Part shown: positions 13,595 through 27,600 of the stretch, piece after piece
Position numbering within the stretch: position 1 is the stretch's first letter
Layout of the letters: each line of letters starts with the position of its first letter
NCBI GenBank assembly: GCA_023213395.1
Contig: CM041465.1
Span: forward strand, 152,465,741-152,529,740
Reading direction: 5' to 3'
Source of the DNA: Cycas panzhihuaensis
Lineage: Eukaryota > Plantae > Cycadophyta
Length of the DNA: 64,000 nt
The notes under the pieces: model-generated
Told to the model about the DNA's origin: nothing
The model's input: the letters and a program-made list of their open reading frames with translations, nothing else
The model's database searches: none
Position numbers and translations under genes: made by a program

Positions 13595-16517
13595 GTTACT
13601 TAACTTGGGTTATGATAGTAATCCTTTAGTAAATAAAATATGTTTATCCCACCAAGGTTTTAGTTAAATGAATAAAAAAAGGTTTTTCAAGTATAACCTA
13701 AGGTTTTATCCAAAGTTTTTAATAAGTGAACTAGTACCTATTAAGGCTACTAGGCTCTAAGTTTAAGTTTCTTCTGGGGTAACCTTCTGTTACTATCCTG
13801 TTTAGTGGTGCCTACCCACATATGGAAAAACAAGGATCTAATATATCAGTACGTGAGTTCTAGGCTCTATATACCTCAATACGCAGGCTACTAAGGAGGC
13901 TTTTACACCCCCTTGAATTGTTGAGTCACATGCATCAAACTTATGCCCAATGACAGATCTAGCAGTGAAGGTTCTCAAACCTAGGAACTCACCCTCTCTA
14001 GGTCTAGCATTGGTCTTCAAAAACTATAAATGGAATAGGTTTGTACCTCAGTCTTCCACTAAATATACGTGATAGCCAAAGGCTTTCCTCATCTAATATG
14101 AGTAGGCTAAGTGGTGTGTGCAGGGTGGTAACTTTAGGGGAACTAACTATTCCCCTTGTAAGGCTAGAAGAAAAAGGAGGTTCAATTTAGATAATTATCT
14201 AATTTAATATGAGAAAATTTTATTATACATGGTCCTTCTTACAAATAAGATTCCTTTTAGAATAAAAAAATTAAAATGAAACTTGAAAATGAAGACTAAA
14301 GTCCAATTTCTTTCAATACTCAAATATCAATTTGAAAAATAAAGTATAAAATATCTTTTTTAACAAAATAATGCTTTCAATTTCAAAACAAAATTCTCCC
14401 CTTGAAATTATGAATGATAATCTCACAATTAGGAAACTATGAGAAAATTTGAATTAATATTCACACCTTTAAACAAATCAAATGTCTTTTTCAAAAAGGA
14501 ATAATTGTTCAATGTTTAAAGAAGTCTATATGCACTTTCCTTTCAAAATAAAGATGTATATCTATGATTACTCTATTTATGCAATTTAAAAATAAAAAAA
14601 ATACTCTCCCCTTTTGAAGTATTAGATTCCTTTGTAAAAAATAAGAACCTTTTCCTTCAAAAAATATGAAATAAAGATGAAAAAAAAAAAAATTCTAAAT
14701 GAAAGCCAAGTGAACTCATTTAATCAAGTTTTATAAGCAGGTTCTATTGAGAATGGAGGGGGGTAATTATTATTTAATAATCACAAATAAGTGTAAATAA
14801 TCCTTGAATCAAGTAAAAAAAGAATTTAAATAAGTTTTAGATTTGATAAAGTAAAAAATATAACAAGAAATACCTGTTTACCGAGTCAAATGAAAAAGAG
14901 GGGCTCCTTTTAATCTAGAGGCCTAAAAGTAGGCTAAATGAGTTTCAAAATAACTTAAAAACTTAATAAATACTAGTAAATCTTGTTAATTATTAGTATT
15001 ATATAAATATCAAGTGAAATATATTCAAAATTAGAAAGAAATTTGGCTCAAAAATCTTAAAGAAAGTCTAACTAGGACTTAAATAAAACCTCAACTTTAG
15101 GAGCTTTGAAAGTCTATAAGAAAACTTCAAAAATTATAAATAAATATGCCAATTCAAAGAGAAATGAGTCATCTTCCCAAAGAAACCAACATATCTAAAA
15201 TCTGATATGAATCAGAAAAGTTATATCAAAAAAGGTGAAAGGTACTTTTTACGTTAATAATTCAAAAAACAAAAAAAAAAAAATTTGAATTTAACTGGTT
15301 AAAATTAGGTCAAATCGGCTTCAAAGGTAGTAAATAGCTAGTCAAAATTATAGCCCATAAAACTTAGGACTCAACAAAACTAGTTTTGTCTGAAACTAAG
15401 ACCCCAGTAAAAAGATATTATGAAAAAGAGCCAGGTAGCTTATGTATTAAAGAAAATTAAAAATAAAAAAAATAAAAAGAAAAGAAAAGAAAAGTTTATT
15501 AACCTTAAGATAGCCCCTTTAATAAATGAGCTAGAGGTCACGTGGACTAATGTGACCAGGGGCAAAGCTCTTAAGGGGGGCTAAGAGCCTTTTAACATGG
15601 AAATAAAAGTTTATAGAAAAGGATTTAATTTTTAATTCTTATAAACTTTATAGCTATAATAAAAAGAATATCAATATGTATCATGCCGCGACAAAAAAAT
15701 AATCAAATAGACATGATTTGTGTGACTACAATGCACTGATAATGATTGAGGGAGTGTTGGATTGGGGGCATTGAGGATCCTACTAGAGGATCGAGCAAAA
15801 AAAAGAAAAAAAAAAATTATATATATAAAAAATGCACAGAAATGGAGTGGACAACGGGCGGCTTGTGTGAGAGTACAATGACAAAACTAAAATGAAAATT
15901 ACTTATTTAAAAATTATATCTATTTTGTAGTAGCACACAGGGGGCACTCAAGTAGGTAGACTTTGATAGTATAAAAAAAAAAATTGAAATTTAAAAAAAA
16001 ATTATGAAAAACATTGCAAAAATGTTGAAAACTTGAGAAACTGGATCTAAGGTTGGATCTCACCAATAGAGAGGCACTTTAACATGAAATTTTAGAGGGC
16101 AGTAGATATATAAGATGACTAGTTATTAGTAAATTTTTGTGGCAAACTGATCTTTGTAGAGGAGAAACAAAGCAGAAGAAATAATACCTAAAAATAGGGA
16201 ATTGAGGTTAAGTTAGCAATATCTCCCTTCACAAGGTATGAAATCACAAACAATTTTTTCTGGAAGGTAGATGGTTTAGTGATGAATCTAACGAGTAGTC
16301 ATATGCTTGAATTTTGATGAGTGGTTAGAGAGCTAGATCGATTTGAATACAGGGTATCACTCTTTAGAAGAACAATAGAAAAATATCATGTAAATAAATA
16401 TGAAAATTAATCAAATATTTTGATATACTAAAGTTTAATTATAGAGTACTTAAATATATATCAAAATAAAATGAACTGATTACAAATCTATACAACCATG
16501 CACGCTCTAATATGAAA

Positions 16518-16813
16518 TGTTATTCACAGAGGAGTAGAGCAGGTTAGGACGCCATTGTGATTAACAAATTTCTATATAATAGAAGGTGGTGTTGAAAAAA
16601 ACCTAGGTTGTAATACAACCCTTTAAGTAGAATTTTAGGGAGGCACCTAAACATCTCAACTTGACCTGCATGTTAGCCATCAAAAATAAAAAAATTAATT
16701 AAAATAATAAAGCATACCTAAATATGTCGATTGATGACGGCTTAGTAAGGCTCTAGGTACCTTAGGGAGCCCTAGGTGCACATATCCTTAGGATATTAGG
16801 GGTTATCCTAACA
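16518..16813 (-). repeat. 5' LTR of D
   Basis: TGTT...AACA termini, direct repeat of 8661-8977. Confidence 0.95.
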
Positions 16814-17396
16814 CATCTCACATTAAGCATTTTTATTATATTTATATTTATACTTCATAGTTTATGTCTTTAAAACCTCATATATTTGTCATTGCTTGAA
16901 GAGACTATAATTTGAACATTGATCATTATTTCAAAGTGTAGTGCTTTGCATTTGAATATTAAAAGCTTCATGCTTTTCGCTCATAATTTTATCTCCTTAT
17001 TGATTCATTTGAATCTTTTAGTAAAGGTGCATTTAGTTTTATTTCAATAAAGGTTGTTTATATTATTTTTTAAGGAGCACACATTTATGACTATTTGCAT
17101 GTTGTCTTTGATTTGAAACGCTCATTTGATGTTATTTACTCTAAATAAGATTTTGAAATTAAAGAATCATTCTTGCTCATTTTTTAAAAGCATTTCAAAG
17201 TTACATTTGGTTATTTGAAGGTACATTAATCTATTCTAAAGACTTATGAAGGTTACTTTGCAAATAACATTCATTGAATCTAATTTGAAAGGATCATTTA
17301 TCATTTATTTGTCTCATTGTTTAAGGAGATATATCTCCTTTTTATTGCTCATTACAAGATTAATTTCTCATTAGAGGTTATGATTTATTAATTACA

Positions 17397-18083
17397 ATGA
17401 CAATGAATGAAGATAAATTAAGGTTTCCCATATTTGATGAGACTAACTTTCATATTTGAAAATATATTTTTAAAACCCATCTCATTGCAAATAATTTATG
17501 GCATTATGCAAGTCATGGTTATCTTAAAAATGAACCCAATTTTAGAGAAAACTTGAAAAAAGATAATGAAGCCTTAACTATAATCTTTTCTACACTAAAT
17601 GACGATGTATTCACCAGTGTTGGTGATTTAACTATATCGAAATCAGTTTGGGATACCCTAGACTCACTTTATGAGGGAGAAATTTTAGATTTAAATAAAT
17701 TTGACTATATTGTCAATGTGTTTTTTGTGAGACAAATGATAGAGCAGGTATTAGTTGATGAAAAGTCTAATGTTACATATAATATTAAAGATTCCATTGA
17801 GACTAATGATCACATTGCTATATTTGAGACTATATGTATATTTAACCTGGTTGACTCTCATAAAAAGGACAAAGTCAAAGATGAAGACACTCATACTCAT
17901 TTAAAGCAACTCGCATCTACACTTGAAACATATTTTGCTGAAGATTATATGAAAAAGATAATGATACAAACTATTGACCACTTCAAAGATAATGAAGCTA
18001 AAGGACATGAGTATAATCACCTTGTCAAAGTATACATAAAGCACTTATACCACAAATTCAAAGAGAAACTAAAGAAGAAGTGA
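17397..18083 (+). pseudogene. Copia gag-derived ORF of element B (gag N-terminus plus unrecognised C-terminus), one internal stop
   Basis: Reads MTMNEDKLRFPIFDETNFHI*KYIFKTHLIANNLW...DNEALTIIFSTLNDDVF...SKSVWDTLDSLYEG, matching the copia gag N-terminal/UBN2-type pattern; in frame with ORF 17553-18083. Confidence 0.8.
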
Positions 18084-18102
18084 TAAATATTAAGGTGGAG
18101 TA

Positions 18103-18446
18103 TATTGAGGTTAATATCCCTCACGTAACTCCCATCTTAAGAACATATAAGTACACACATACTCATGGTAAGTTAAGGTAAGATTATTTTATTATGCATT
18201 CTCATTATTTTATATTATTTTAAATTTGGAGATTGAGGAGGATTCTCTCCTCCCTCCCAAGTATATATTTTATGGTGTTCAAAACCCTAGAGTTCTTCAA
18301 CACCATCTTCATCAAAGGAATTTATATGTACTTTCTTCAAATATGGATTAATACAATGATGTTTGCAATGCATACTCTCAATATGGCTTGAATGTTACTT
18401 TGACTTGTATGTTCACCTACTTCACTCTGTTCTCCATACTCTAACA
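18103..18446 (+). repeat. Probable 3' LTR of B
   Basis: Follows PPT, T(A)TTG...TAACA termini, shares a block with D's LTR; copia A coding sequence resumes immediately after. Confidence 0.7.
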
Positions 18447-21400
18447 ATTTAGAAGTAGCTCTCAATTGAAAATTACCAAAACAAAAAATATTTTGCTTGA
18501 AAATGGTTTTATTGGTAATGTTTATTATATCCTAAGTTTATTATCTAACCTTTCATTTATATATTAGATCTGTCAAAAGGGTTTGGTAGTTGAATGTTAG
18601 AAAGATAGGTTTATAGTAAAATAACCCTTTAACAAATTTGAAGTTATTATTTCTAGACTTATAAATCATATACATAGTTTATATAAACTATTTAATTTAA
18701 CTTACTCAAGTGAAAATTCACATTTTCTTCCTACATAAGTGGTCTAACCTAATTAACAAACTTTGTCACACACTCTTTGGCCATATTAGTTATTGTTAAT
18801 TATATATCCTTAATTAGCATAATATGCTCCATGGCTTACCTATACAATCTATAATGTGTAGAGTCTATGAAGCCTATATTCTAAGAAAGCAACACATGGA
18901 TCTTTTCTTGATAAATTTACCTTTAGGAGGAAACAACCCCTACAACTAATTCACTTTGATATATATAGACGATTTGAAGACCTTTCCTACTTTGGAAATA
19001 GGTATTTCATTATTTTCATCAATGATTTTTTTAGAAAATGTTGGATCTAAATTATTAAACATCATAGTGAAATATTTGATCAATTTCTTAAATTTAAAGT
19101 ACTAGTAGAAAATTGATCTAACTATATAATATAAATATTTAGAAATGGACAATGCTAAGGAGTGCTTAAATAACCAAATTATTTAATCTAGCTAAAAGAA
19201 TGACATAAAATTTTAATATTTAGTTGCTTACATATCGTAACAAAATGGTGTCGCTAAAAGAAAATTTTCAACCCAAGTTAAAATAACTCAATATATATTA
19301 TATTTCAAATAATTAAATAAAAAATTACTATACAAACTCTATTTAATAAGTTACCCACTAGAGCTATTGATAATATCACTCTTGAAGAGAAATAGTCTAA
19401 TAGGAGACCTTCCATTAAACATTTAAAAGCTTTTATAAGTATTACTTAAGCACATGTCCTGAAAGAAAATAAACAGAAACCAGATCCTAAATGCTATAGT
19501 TTCATCTTCATTAGATACCATGAAGAAAGTAAGGGTTATTTAAGATGAAAGGTTAATTTATGTCAAGTTTGATGAAAAAGGTTAAGTTCACATTCTATTG
19601 ATGATTATACTCATCTTCCCTTACTATTTAATAATACTCCTTAAGTCTTAATAGGACTCAACATCAACCTAAGACTAACTCTAGTGAAGAAATCTCTATT
19701 GAAGATGCAATAAATAATTTATAAAAATAAATTCAAATAGTTTCCATTAATGATCTTGGTTCTTTTACTAGTGTAAGTTCAAAAACTTACAAGAAACCAA
19801 AATGGGTACATAAAACCCTTATATTTACTAGTATTGATGTTTGTGATCCTTTAAATACCCAAAGAATTAGGTCTAAATAGCTACAGGATAACTTCTCTCT
19901 TATGGTTAAAATTATATATCAATTGATCTGTAAAGATTCGAAGAAGCAATGAACATTATGTATGATGCATTAATAAGAAATTTTACGTGGGGATTAGTCA
20001 CTCTTCCTCATGGAAAGAACCTAATTACATGCAAATGCATTTACTACACTAAGTATAACTCTCAAGGTGCCATTGAAAAACAGAAAGTTAGGCTAGTTAT
20101 AAAGGGATTTTTCTAGGTTGATAGGACTGATTACAATAAAACCTTTACACCTATCACCAAAATGAACACTATTAAATCATTATCTCTTTAGTAGCCAAGT
20201 TTGGTTAGGAAGTATATCATATGGATGTAAAAAATATGTTTCTAAATGATGATTTAATTTTTAAAATCTACATGATCTAACCACCTAGTCTTACTCTAAA
20301 CCCTAACTTAGAGTATATAGACTTAAAATATCCTTAGATGGTCTCAAATAAGCCCCTAATGTTTAATATAAAGAGATTAACAATTATCTTCCCCATAATA
20401 GCTTTAGTAAATGTATTAGTGATCCTATTATACATTTCAAAAAATGAGGAAATAATATAATTTTTCTAATTTTATATGTTGATGATATTATAATTACTAG
20501 ATTTTTACTTGCCATAATTTCAACTTTAAAAAACCAACTTAATGTCAAAATTTGAAATGATTAACTTAGGACTACTCTATTAATTCCTTGGACTTTATGT
20601 TTACTAAATAGAATCAAGAATCTCTATCTCACAACCCAAATATATTTTAGATCTACTTAAGAGATTTAAAATAGAAACTTATAAGCAAGCATGAACTTCT
20701 CTTCAATATGAAACTAAACCTACTCTTAATTATATTTCTCCTTTGGTTAATATTACTTTATACTGGTAGTTAATTAGGAGTTTAATCTACTTAACTCATA
20801 TAGGACCTAATATATCTTATGTAGTTGTTTTATATTTATGTTTTTTAAAAAATTCACATAACTCATATTAAAAAGTAACCAAGAGAATCTTATGCTACTT
20901 ATAAGATACTATTTACTATGGCTTTAATTATAATTATACTAACCTTAATATTTAACTAATTAGTTTTATAGACTTTAATTAGACTAGAGATAATAATGAA
21001 TGAAAATCCACTACTAGTTATTAGAAAATGCAACTGAAGTAAACAAGATCCATAGGATCTTTCACATCAGGCAAATATTAACCAGGAACAGATTGCACAA
21101 GACACTAGATTGTCATGGGAAACCCTTATAGGTGAAAACCCACAAAGAATAATAATTCACATTATGATAAAATGGTATTTTATAAAGTTGGACTTTGATC
21201 TATATTTATAGATCTAAAGTACCAAATATAATTACAATTTACATCCATTGGCTCACTACACTCGAGAATATTCTCCACATAATTAGGTATATAAATAGGG
21301 TATCCACTTTACATTAGTTGATATGGACACACATTCCAACATCCCATCTTAATGTAAATGTGAGGCAGTAAGGATTATCCTTACCCAACCTAATATGCAT

Positions 21401-24400
21401 AAACGTCGATGTAGAAATCTTTAGTTTGAGCTTGGTGAACACATTTACAAGTCGATGTCAACTTAGATAACCTTCAACCTAATTTGGATGTAATGGTGCT
21501 ATGCCTTGTATGTGCTCAATTCTTTGGATATACTCTAATAAACCTACAACTATACATCTCTCTCTGCACCTAAAACTTTATAAATTCAACTCATCCATAT
21601 TCCTTTGACTAAACTAAGAGGTTGAGACACTTGAGCCATGTGAATTGCCTCTTTAAGTCTTCGTTAAGGAACACTGATATGATACAATATGATACCCAAC
21701 TATTTGAAGCTACTAAACTAAGGATCAAATGAATTAATAAATATAGAGATAGGTGAAAATATCTCATCATACCTTAATCCTTCTTCCTACTAGATATCAC
21801 ATGTGTAACACGTCTTCAAACTTGTAAACTGACCAGGTTCTTTACTTCAATACAACTCTCCATTATGAATCTATACTCATTAGAATGTTGGTATCTATCT
21901 CAAGATTTGACTTGCATGTTGATCCATGATCTCACATCATCCTGCAAGTCTTCAACTGTCAATGGAATATGGGGTTGCAATCCATGTCTCATCATCTAAC
22001 AGCTCCTTATCATTAATCTCTCACTAGGTCCTGCTTTCATCTCAAGCATAATGTTAGGAAAATAAACCTCTACACTTACTAAACAACATCTCAGAAAAAT
22101 GAAGCAATGAAGGATAAAACCTATAACTAAATGACAATCAACATGATATGTCAAGAACTCTTTAATTGGATATATAGATTGATCATAATGCATTTCCCTT
22201 GCAGATCACACTGTTTGTGAGTAAAACAACCCATAGGCTTCAAACCCTTGTAATCCTACTACTGTAATCTTTGTCTAAGATGTGTGCACTCTAATGAAAC
22301 AAAGGAAATAAATGGAAGGCTTCTAACTTGGTCTAAATACAAAACACGAGGGGAAATTATGCCATGAATAGTCATAATAAGGGATCCCATACATGTCTGC
22401 TATAGTTTCTGCCATTAAAACATGGGAGGCAAACCACAACATGTGCCAACCTCACCATCTATATTATGATAGTAACCTGCAATGTAACCTTACAGGCCAA
22501 TTATACATACCATGACAAAAGCATCATTGATTTTAAGACATCTCATCTTAGACCTTTCTATTCACACTCTAAATTTATCAAACACTCTATCTCAGTTCTA
22601 CATCAAACTTGTTATGATATGCACCCATGTTGAACCAACATTAATTAGGCCACAAACCTTCATACTATCAGCAGTCCAACTAGTAAAGTATAAAGGTCCA
22701 TCATCAACTGACAACTACTCATATAAGCAAATTCTAAACCTCATCACCTCATACACATATGATGTAATAGAACTTGAATATAACTAAATAAACCACACTT
22801 ATTTCATTGAATCAACCACATAAACATGAACTTTGTGTAATGATCTATGCCACACTTAAATAATAACAGAGTTTATATTAAATTGTAATTAAGGTATCTC
22901 ATGCTCTTCTTTACCTATCACTTACTCATCATCACCCTCATACTTGTCCTTTCACTCGCCCACTTAACTTTCCATGCAACAAGTCTACCTTCACCTAATC
23001 TCACCCATCTTCACTATTTTTGCCCATAAAATTCCCCATATAAAATATATGCTAGAGAGTATAAATTCACCTCACTAGCTCTCTTATATAAATCACACTC
23101 TAGAGAGTCTTATCACACCTATTTACATTGCCATGACACTATTTTATACACTCGTATTTATAGAACAACATCACATCTTAACACCTTATAACACCATTGA
23201 ATCAAACTAGTTTAAACATGGCAAAGCATCTACATGAATTAACCATAACAACAAATGATTAGAAAAGGCATCTATATCGAACTTGTCTTTATATTAAGTC
23301 AATGTAACTTAATATATCTCGTATAGGTGACTTTAAGATTATTAAATACCAAATAAATCATATGATATGAAACAATCCTGAGAGACCATATATGATTAAA
23401 TCAATAAAGGGTCAATTAATAACAATGGTGTAATAAAGTACTAAATCGAATAAATTATATCAAATGCCAAAGGGTAAATTGGATAATATGAATGGGTAGT
23501 TGTGCATGTCAAATAACATCTCTAGTAACTATATACCTATAATGAGAAAGATGACTACAACATATTATCACATGCAATACAATACATAGGCAACGCGATC
23601 TATAATTATCACTGGCAACAGTTGTAGATATTAACTAATGAATAGATGCAAATTTGTAACTTTATTTTATCACATGGTTGCTCAAATATCATAAATATCA
23701 TGGACAAGCAAACTAACATGTAGACCTGAATAGTCATGGCTAAATCAAATATCAATATTGACGTAATCTTAATCATTAAGCTAATGACTCACACAGGCTA
23801 AATATTCAATTGGGCAATTGTAAATATATGGCTAGCAACACCAATAATATGCAGACTACTCATATATTATGAAGGGCAGTTGAAATTTATGTAACAGTTA
23901 GGGCACAAGTACATTATTCATAGTTGAACTTAGATATGGGTGAATATATAAAGGGATGATCCTTAATAACTGGTTGGTTATCAATCATATACACAACACA
24001 CAACATTTGGCAATCAATGTAGGCTTAAAATAGAGGCATCCTAATATAAATGGCTAAAGAAATAAATCATTCCATAGGCCATATAATAGATATATTTATA
24101 CTCGACTGATAGATATATCACCACACAGAGAGACAACTCAATCATCACACAGTGATCCAACAAACATATAATATATTTCATGGGTGATGCAAATATATCA
24201 TATGGTGTAATATAATAATGTAGAGTATCATACATACAACTACGACTATTGATGAATATTTGGCAATATCAAATATATTCATCAATGCAAATAAAATTAT
24301 GGGTCATATATATATATTATTCAAACCCCAGAATGTTATATGAGTGATTAATATATTGTAAAATAATGAGCATACCTTTGATTTGATACCATATTATCAT

Positions 24401-24639
24401 TTCATAGATCTACAACTAGCCTGCTAGGGTTTTTATACTCTCCCACTAGGAGTAGAGGGCTAGCAATCATCTCTAGGGTATTTAAACTTAACGACATCAT
24501 CAAACAGGGATTCAACACCTTTAATAGGCTCAAATAAACTCACATGGTTTACAATAGAGTAAAAACTTGTCCACACACCTCCATAGCTTAGAATACCTGC
24601 AAACAATGGACAGAAGGCCCCTAGGATCCACCAGTTATC

Positions 24640-27600
24640 ATATGTATCAATGCATAAGGGTTTCGTCTATTATGGTAATGATATAGGCATAATGACAACA
24701 ATGGTAGACGAGTTATAGAGAAAGGCAACAGAAATACTACAGACACCTGAGCTAAGCAGAATATGGTCACATTATTCACGAAGTTAATGAAATGGACAAA
24801 TATGGTTAGGTTGGAGGAATGTTGACTCTGATACCACTTGTTACAGACCTTTTTTATAACTTGAGGAGGAGACCAAATATTAAATGCACCAGAGAACTTT
24901 GAAAGAGATTTATAGTCAAAAGACCATACAATTAATTGATAAAATTAAGTGATATCTAAGAATACAATGAAATCCATATTTATATGAGTATAATGGCCTC
25001 TTCACATAAAAGTCACAACCCTTTCTTATGCAACTTTTCATTTAATGAATAATTAGTTAGTCCTTAAGGAGGTCTATAACAAATCCTCCCCCTTAAGATG
25101 TTTCACCTACGAAACATAATCGAACGATTGTAGTCCTTTAAATGAATATTATCTTTAGTTGTAGTAGAGTCTATTAGACAATTGGTTAGACGTTATAGGC
25201 ATTTATTAGAAGATTCTTCTAGTTAAAAACCTCAACTATGTTTTTGGGATACTTGTAGTTGCTTCTAGAGTTCTTTACCTTGATTTTTGTGTGGTATGAC
25301 GTTAATTTTGTTCAATCTTTTTCCTAATAACGTGATGGTTCTTCCTTCTTTCTTAAATCGCATAAATTATTCATCAATATTCATTTCAAAAGTTCTAAGT
25401 GTACTAAGCTATTGACTTCCCAACACAATATCTATGCCTCTGACATCCACGATGTAGAAATATTCTATAATGCTGACGTTGTTTATTGTGAGGTTAAGGT
25501 TCTTCATTATACCTTGTCTTGAGATTACTTATCTTCCTCCAACAGTTACCTGGAGACGAGAAGTCCTTAATGGAAACAACCTCAGTTATTGCACACAATT
25601 TCGATCAATAAAATTATGTATGCTACTTGAATCTATCAAGACTGTTACAACCCAATTTTTGATAGATCCCTGTAACTTTAATATATTTGATTTATTAAAA
25701 TTACTCATAATTGATAGTGATATTTGTGGATGGTTGACCTCAAGATTATAGTAGCTCTCTTAATGTTCTAAATGATGATAATTTCCTTAATTATTTTCTA
25801 ACCCTTGTTCTTCTTCGTCAATATTGTCATTAGGCAGTAATCTGATTGTATATAACTAGTTCTTTTGATATTTATGTCCAAGTTCCTACTTCTCCTCACA
25901 TCTAAAGCATAGGTTTCTTCTTCTTAACTCTTCTTTTTCTATTTTTATTTTCTGAATGATTGGTTTGGCAGGTTTATTCAAATTGATTGATAATTGTTTA
26001 TGATAAACACTTGGTAAAGGATTATATCGACCAGGTGGAGGAATATAAAGGTTTGTACTAGTTTTACATAAGGCATTATAGTTATCTTCATGTATTTTGG
26101 CTAATTGTATTACCTTGTTAAGATCCTTCTTTAGTTCTTGAATTTTAACAATATCTTGGATCTCTATTATCAGACCTTCTATATCTAACTAGATAAGTTG
26201 ATTAGTTAGAATATCTTCTAACAAATAGCTTAGCCTTGTGAATGTTGTACTGTATTCTTCCACAAAACTAGTTTACTTTAATTTTTGTAACTCACAATAA
26301 TAATCATAATTAGATATAGTTTCAAATTGTTCAATGAATAAATGCATGAATTCTTTTTAGGTTGGTAGTTGATCTCAAAAAGAGGTTCGTTCAAGACACT
26401 ACCACCATTTGCATGCTATTCCATCCATATGCAGGGTGGTTAATAGAACTTGCTCTACTGGCTCAATCTCCACTAAGCAAAAGTAATTTTCCATTTGTTG
26501 GATCGACACTCTCAGCTCCTGTGATTTTTACTCCATACTAAAACATTGTATAGTAATTTTTTCTAACTTTTTCTTTTTTTGTATTTGAATACTTTGTAAG
26601 CAGTTGAAGTATGCTTAAAAACCCATTATCTTCTATTCTTCAGGGGTCAGGTTGCGATACTCATTAACGTATTTTCTGATAGGTTCTCAATATTAATTAG
26701 AGTCTTCTAAAGACCAAAATATTTTTTAATGGTTTGATTTATGAAATGAGACTGTTGACTCATTGCCTCATCCTCTAAATCTGGAACAATCATGTCTTCC
26801 TTCCTGCTCATTGCTATGATTGTCAATTTATCCAAGATTTAGTGTAATATATGATTTAAGAGAGCATTTGATGTCTGGACTACTTTGTGGCCTACTTGAG
26901 TGATCGGTTTGACGATATCCTTTTAGATGGTATTATCTGTCATATCTTCTATATTCATTATTTTAACAACTATATAAGTGCGATTCCACTACTTTTCGAT
27001 CGTGTTTAGTTGACCCCAAATTAATATCCCAAACTCGCTTGATACTACTAGATGTATTTCAAATAGTTCACACTCATATATAAACGACAAAATCAGTCAT
27101 TTATTTAGTATCCAAAGGATATTAAATTGATTGAATACATATATGTGAGGCTTAATATATGGATGAAATAAGCCTTAGGACCTTATAGTTCCTCCCTTTG
27201 CTTAATATTTAACCTATATACCACCACCGTCGAAGATGAAACTGAAGATTGTCAATACAAAATCTTACAAATGAACAAGGAATGGAGGATGTGGCATTTT
27301 GTAGTGTTTATATAGTTGCGTATTGACTTTGAGAGCATAAAACCTTAGATATAACATATGCTGTCAAATTTATAAGTGCTCTCACAATATCCACTGGTGT
27401 ATGGTATACACTCGTGGCAAGTTTACAACTTTAGTAACTGATTATATAATCTCTGTGACAGTGTCCTTTATATATTCACACAGTATTTGTCAAACACCAT
27501 TAAAAGGATCGCTTGGATTATTTTTAAAACTTTAATATATATGATTTTAAGGGGGGCTTTGGTATATATCAAAAAGTATTTCTATGTAAATATATCTATG

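Larger units (their letters stand above)
8661..16813 (-). mobile_element. Full-length decayed Ty1/copia LTR retrotransposon D
   Basis: LTRs 8661-8977 and 16518-16813 (roughly 85-88% identical by eye). Perfect 5-bp TSD CATCT (8656-8660 and 16814-16818). PPT 8978-8990, degenerate Met PBS ~16504-16515. gag, PR (WYIDSGCS), INT, RT ([14 protein letters not shown]) and RH on -. Confidence 0.96.
7333..18446 (+). mobile_element. Non-autonomous Ty1/copia derivative B (long leader, gag-derived ORF, PPT, 3' LTR), interrupted by D; 5' LTR outside window
   Basis: 7333-8660 is homologous to the reverse complement of D's leader (e.g. 8080-8180 vs ~15020-15120; 7450-7570 vs ~16230-16340). Gag-like ORF at 17397-18083, PPT TAAGGTGGAG at 18091-18100, LTR-like TATTGAGG...CTAACA at 18103-18446 sharing a motif with D's LTR. 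Confidence 0.72.
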
